64,000 nucleotides of DNA, from the sequence record LR535917.1; one strand, written 5' to 3'. The notes below the pieces were generated by a model. It searched no databases. It saw only the letters and a program-made list of their open reading frames with translations, and was not told the DNA's origin. Position 1 is the first letter of the stretch; each line of letters starts with the position of its first letter. The position numbers and the translations under genes were made by a program. Positions 61,179 to 64,000 of the stretch are shown here, piece by piece.

Positions 61179-62078
61179 GAATTTTGGCGGGCGTTTGTAT
61201 TTGCACTACAACGACCCTGATTAATCCTGAGTAAAGGAATTACCAACCAACCCAGCAGTCGACAACGTGCTGATTGTGGAGCTGTCGTTGTACTGTCTCC
61301 CAATCGACTTTAACCTTCGTGAAGCCGTCGTCGTCTATAACGGGCGTAACAAAGCGGAAGAACGTCTGGCACAGATTCTCAAAACGGTCACCGGTGATAA
61401 CTGGACAACGTACCGTAATCCCTGGCGCTTTGATAATTTCGCGGAGGAATTTCAACGACTAGGTGCTGCGATAACCGCGACACCTTACGAGTATCCGTAT
61501 TTCAACATCAAGGTCGGTCAAGGTGCAGTCTATTCGTAACAGGTACAGCTGTTACCAGGCGATGCGTTGCTTCCTGCAAACTTCGAACCCTTAACAGTGA
61601 AGACATGGCGTGTGGATCTGATTGCCACGCCCACTTCTTTAGGTTGGATAGGGCAACATAACCAGTATTACGGTCTCAGCCTTAAACCTGCAGATGTGGT
61701 GAATACCGAAATCGACAGTTTACGTGTTCCTGCACGACTCGATACCGTATACCGGATGCACGACGTGGTCGGGTTAATCGTGTATTACGATCGTGTTGAC
61801 TTCGCAGACATGTTTACCGACCCAGACGGAATTCAACCTCATAACGCGATGGTGCGCATTCAGGCATTGGCCACCGCTAATGCTATCGGTGCCACTACTG
61901 TGGTTTTCGGCGTCCCTGCGATTCCGACGTCTGACGAAGACCTGGCAAAAGCCAATGGTGAAAAGATTATTATCGCGGAGGTTAACATCGAAAACAATCT
62001 CGATTTAAAAGTCGAAGAAATCTCATCCTTCACTATCTCCCGATATAAGGATTTTGACATGCCACTTTTAGCCACTGC
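61179..62078 (+). CDS. Virion paralog G3 (~281 aa); joins 61567 and 61267 ORFs
   Basis: MPLLATAEKIIIAEVNIEN...YYDRVDF...YYGLSL...SLGWIG...GRLYLHYNDPD*; stop at 61538 is a junction chimera. Confidence 0.72.
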
Positions 62079-62918
62079 AACCCCGATTATCAGCGTGTGG
62101 CGATTATCAAGCTAGCTGCGGACAGCAACTACGCCGGTATTGCGCTTCAAGGTGCACGATATATGGGGATAACTTCAGTCACACCGAACGATAGTTACAA
62201 CGAAGTGGTGCCATTAAAGTTTGCATATGTGACGGGGGCGACTGCGCAACCTGAACAACAGTTCACTACCGATTGGGCTTACAACCGCGCAATCACCGCG
62301 GCGGATGTTGAATTGCTTGCTAGTAAACCACAGGCTGAGTATGTGGCGTATGGTTACGATTGGACTGAACTGCAAAAAAACTTGGCGGATGTGGTTACGG
62401 ATGTTGACCTCAGCGCAATTATCGCGCCGTTCGTGGTTAAGCCCGGTTGCTTGGCCTGGCAAGGTGGTTTCCGTTTACGCTTTGCGAAGTTCTTCCCGGA
62501 TATCGTTGACCAGTCAGTAAAAGATTTGGGAGAAAGCTGGTTAATCGATGTGACTATTAAACTCTCTGAGTTGTTGCCGTTTCTGAATGCGAAATACGGC
62601 TTGTCTTTAGTTGCCGACATCGAAATGGAAATTCTGTTCAGGAACGTAATACCGGTAGTCGTTGCCGACCCGGTAAATCTCTTATACGGGTTGAACGGCA
62701 AGGGCTACAAAGGCAACGTTACGCTCGAATACGACCGTGTTGCAACTGGCTTCCCTGAGTCTGTCCAAACGCCTGGCGCTGACCGGAATACACGTGTGTT
62801 GTTAGATGCTATTAACCGACAGAACGGATTAACGGCCAATCCACTCACATGGGAGCAGTACACTTTAACAACTAGGAGGGTATAGGTGTCTATTTACGAT
62901 AAGCCCTCGAAAGAGATG
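62019..62918 (+). CDS. Virion paralog G2 (~280 aa)
   Basis: (M)SIYDKPSKEMLLDAINRQN...DRNTRV...GYKGNVTLEYDR...LNAKYGLSL...AGNLILHYLPI*. Confidence 0.75.
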
Positions 62919-63758
62919 CGAAAGTCGTGTCAGTGCAACTGACCGATAAATGTACGAACTTCCAGGGCAGCCTCAACCGTGCCACTGTCGTATTCGACGG
63001 CGTACCTGCAGACTTGCCGGGAGCAAATACGGCGTTCGACAAATGTGTTCCTGAGATTTGGGTAGCTGAAGATACCCCATCCCCGTATAACCTGCGTGTC
63101 CTGAGCCTCTTAGCGGTCGGTATCGAGGTAGATGACACGGCGTTGGCAATCGAACTCATCCAGTTGGGTCAGGCGTATATCTATTCGCGTGACATCGATT
63201 GTAGCCACATCTCTCGTTTGGCAGAAGTAGTAACCAATACAGAGTTGAGCGGTCTTCTGTACCCGGATCACCAGGACATTGAAACTTCCCACGAGTGGCG
63301 AAGTCAAGCGGTCATCGAGCTGAAACCTGCTACACCTCTCTTACCTGAGGATATCGAAGATAACCCCATTGATGGACAGACGCACACAGTCGTTGCTGAG
63401 GACGTGCAAACCACGCACGACTTACTCGCGGCGATTAACGAGCGTTTTAATCTGTCTATGGACTACCATCGTCGTCCATTAGAGGACTACCTTAAAGGCG
63501 ATGTTGCCTTTGGAGACGGTGATTCGGAGGTAGTCCTTACCTCAAAAATGCGCGGTGATGAAGGTACGCAAGTGATTGCACCGCTTACCTTTGACGATGT
63601 TGATATCGGACTGCCGGAGGTTGTGTCAGTAGACGGTCTGTCTTTTACTTCAAAACAGAATCTGCTAAAACTCATCAACGAAGAGAATAAGATAAGCCGC
63701 TGGCAGGGGGTCTAAAAATCTTACGACCTCAATAATCCCTTAACTCGAGTTAACGCGA
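62859..63758 (+). CDS. Virion paralog G1 (~265 aa)
   Basis: ATG is formed across a junction (a63758 + tg63639-40): MSFTSKQNLLKLINEEN...LLAAINERFNL...CTNFQGSLNLHFNN*. Confidence 0.75.
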
Positions 63759-63818
63759 TTCCTTTTCTTTTTTTGTTTGCTCTTGTTCGGATTCTGGTAC
63801 GCACTACGCTTTTAATAT

Positions 63819-64000
63819 CTGAATGGGAACTGCCGAAGTCGTGAAGAAAAGGGAGCTTCGGCTCCCCTTCTTTTTTGTCTGATCTTGTCCAGGAACTCTA
63901 CAAACACTACAAAGAACACAATGGAAACTTCGTCTATCGGAACGACTTCCCGCACTTTTGCTGGGATAGTTGGTTTCAAGAGTGCGGGGATAAGATTTAG
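63819..64000 (+). CDS. C-terminal fragment of a hypothetical protein (starts outside window)
   Basis: Re-joined ...NDFPHFCWDSWFQECGDKISDLVQELYKHYKEHNGNFVYPEWELPKS* followed by a terminator. Confidence 0.5.
   Translation, partial: MNGNCRSREEKGASAPLLFCLILSRNSTNTTKNTMETSSIGTTSRTFAGIVGFKSAGIRF
63846..63877 (+). terminator. Intrinsic terminator
   Basis: aagggagc-ttcg-gctcccctt-ctttttt. Confidence 0.8.

Larger units (their letters stand above)
1..64000. other. Whole window is in reversed 60-nt block order (junctions after 38+60k); probable data-handling artefact
   Basis: Domain order of SbcC, GH108, radical SAM and macrodomain proteins becomes canonical only when 20-codon blocks are read in reverse order. 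Apparent stops straddle junctions at 2258, 3578, 21218, 26498, 46418, 52418, 53318, 53798 and 61538 (all 38 mod 60). Hairpins and start codons are completed across re-joined junctions. Confidence 0.97.

Noticed and set aside
21218-61539. Stop-codon read-through or a recoded genetic code in split ORFs (21218, 26498, 46418, 52418, 53318, 53798, 61538)
   Set aside because: Each stop straddles a block junction and becomes a sense codon after re-joining; real genes end in TAA, TAG and TGA normally.
1-64000. tRNA, rRNA, integrase or transposase
   Set aside because: None recognised by eye; a tRNAscan/Infernal run on the reordered sequence would be needed, because block junctions can split tRNAs.

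Overview
This window is from a phiKZ-related jumbo phage (Chimalliviridae-like, probably with an Enterobacterales host), but the supplied sequence is not in native order. It consists of 60-nt blocks (boundaries after positions 38+60k) arranged in reverse order, each keeping its own strand. Frame is preserved because 60 is a multiple of 3, so the ORF track shows proteins scrambled in 20-aa pieces (e.g. SbcC Walker A at the apparent C-terminus) and false stops exactly on block junctions. This is almost certainly a file-handling artefact (line-order reversal or line-wise reverse complement). I re-joined blocks by hand at gene ends and key motifs. All CDS coordinates are the envelope of the blocks carrying the gene: + genes start in their highest block, - genes in their lowest. 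Lengths are approximate because not every internal junction was translated. Reassembled content: virion/baseplate genes, an HxH spike, SbcC, a DarG-like macrodomain, a GNAT, three peptidoglycan hydrolases (SLT, M15, GH108), four early exported proteins, a DUF1471 protein, four large tail/baseplate proteins, a triplicated three-gene virion cassette with a deletion scar, and a seven-member paralog array. The standout is a RiPP-like operon at 34.8-40.3 kb, directly downstream of the tail genes: three Cys-Xaa3-repeat precursor peptides, two radical SAM enzymes (one full SPASM, one Twitch-like) and three unknown ORFs.
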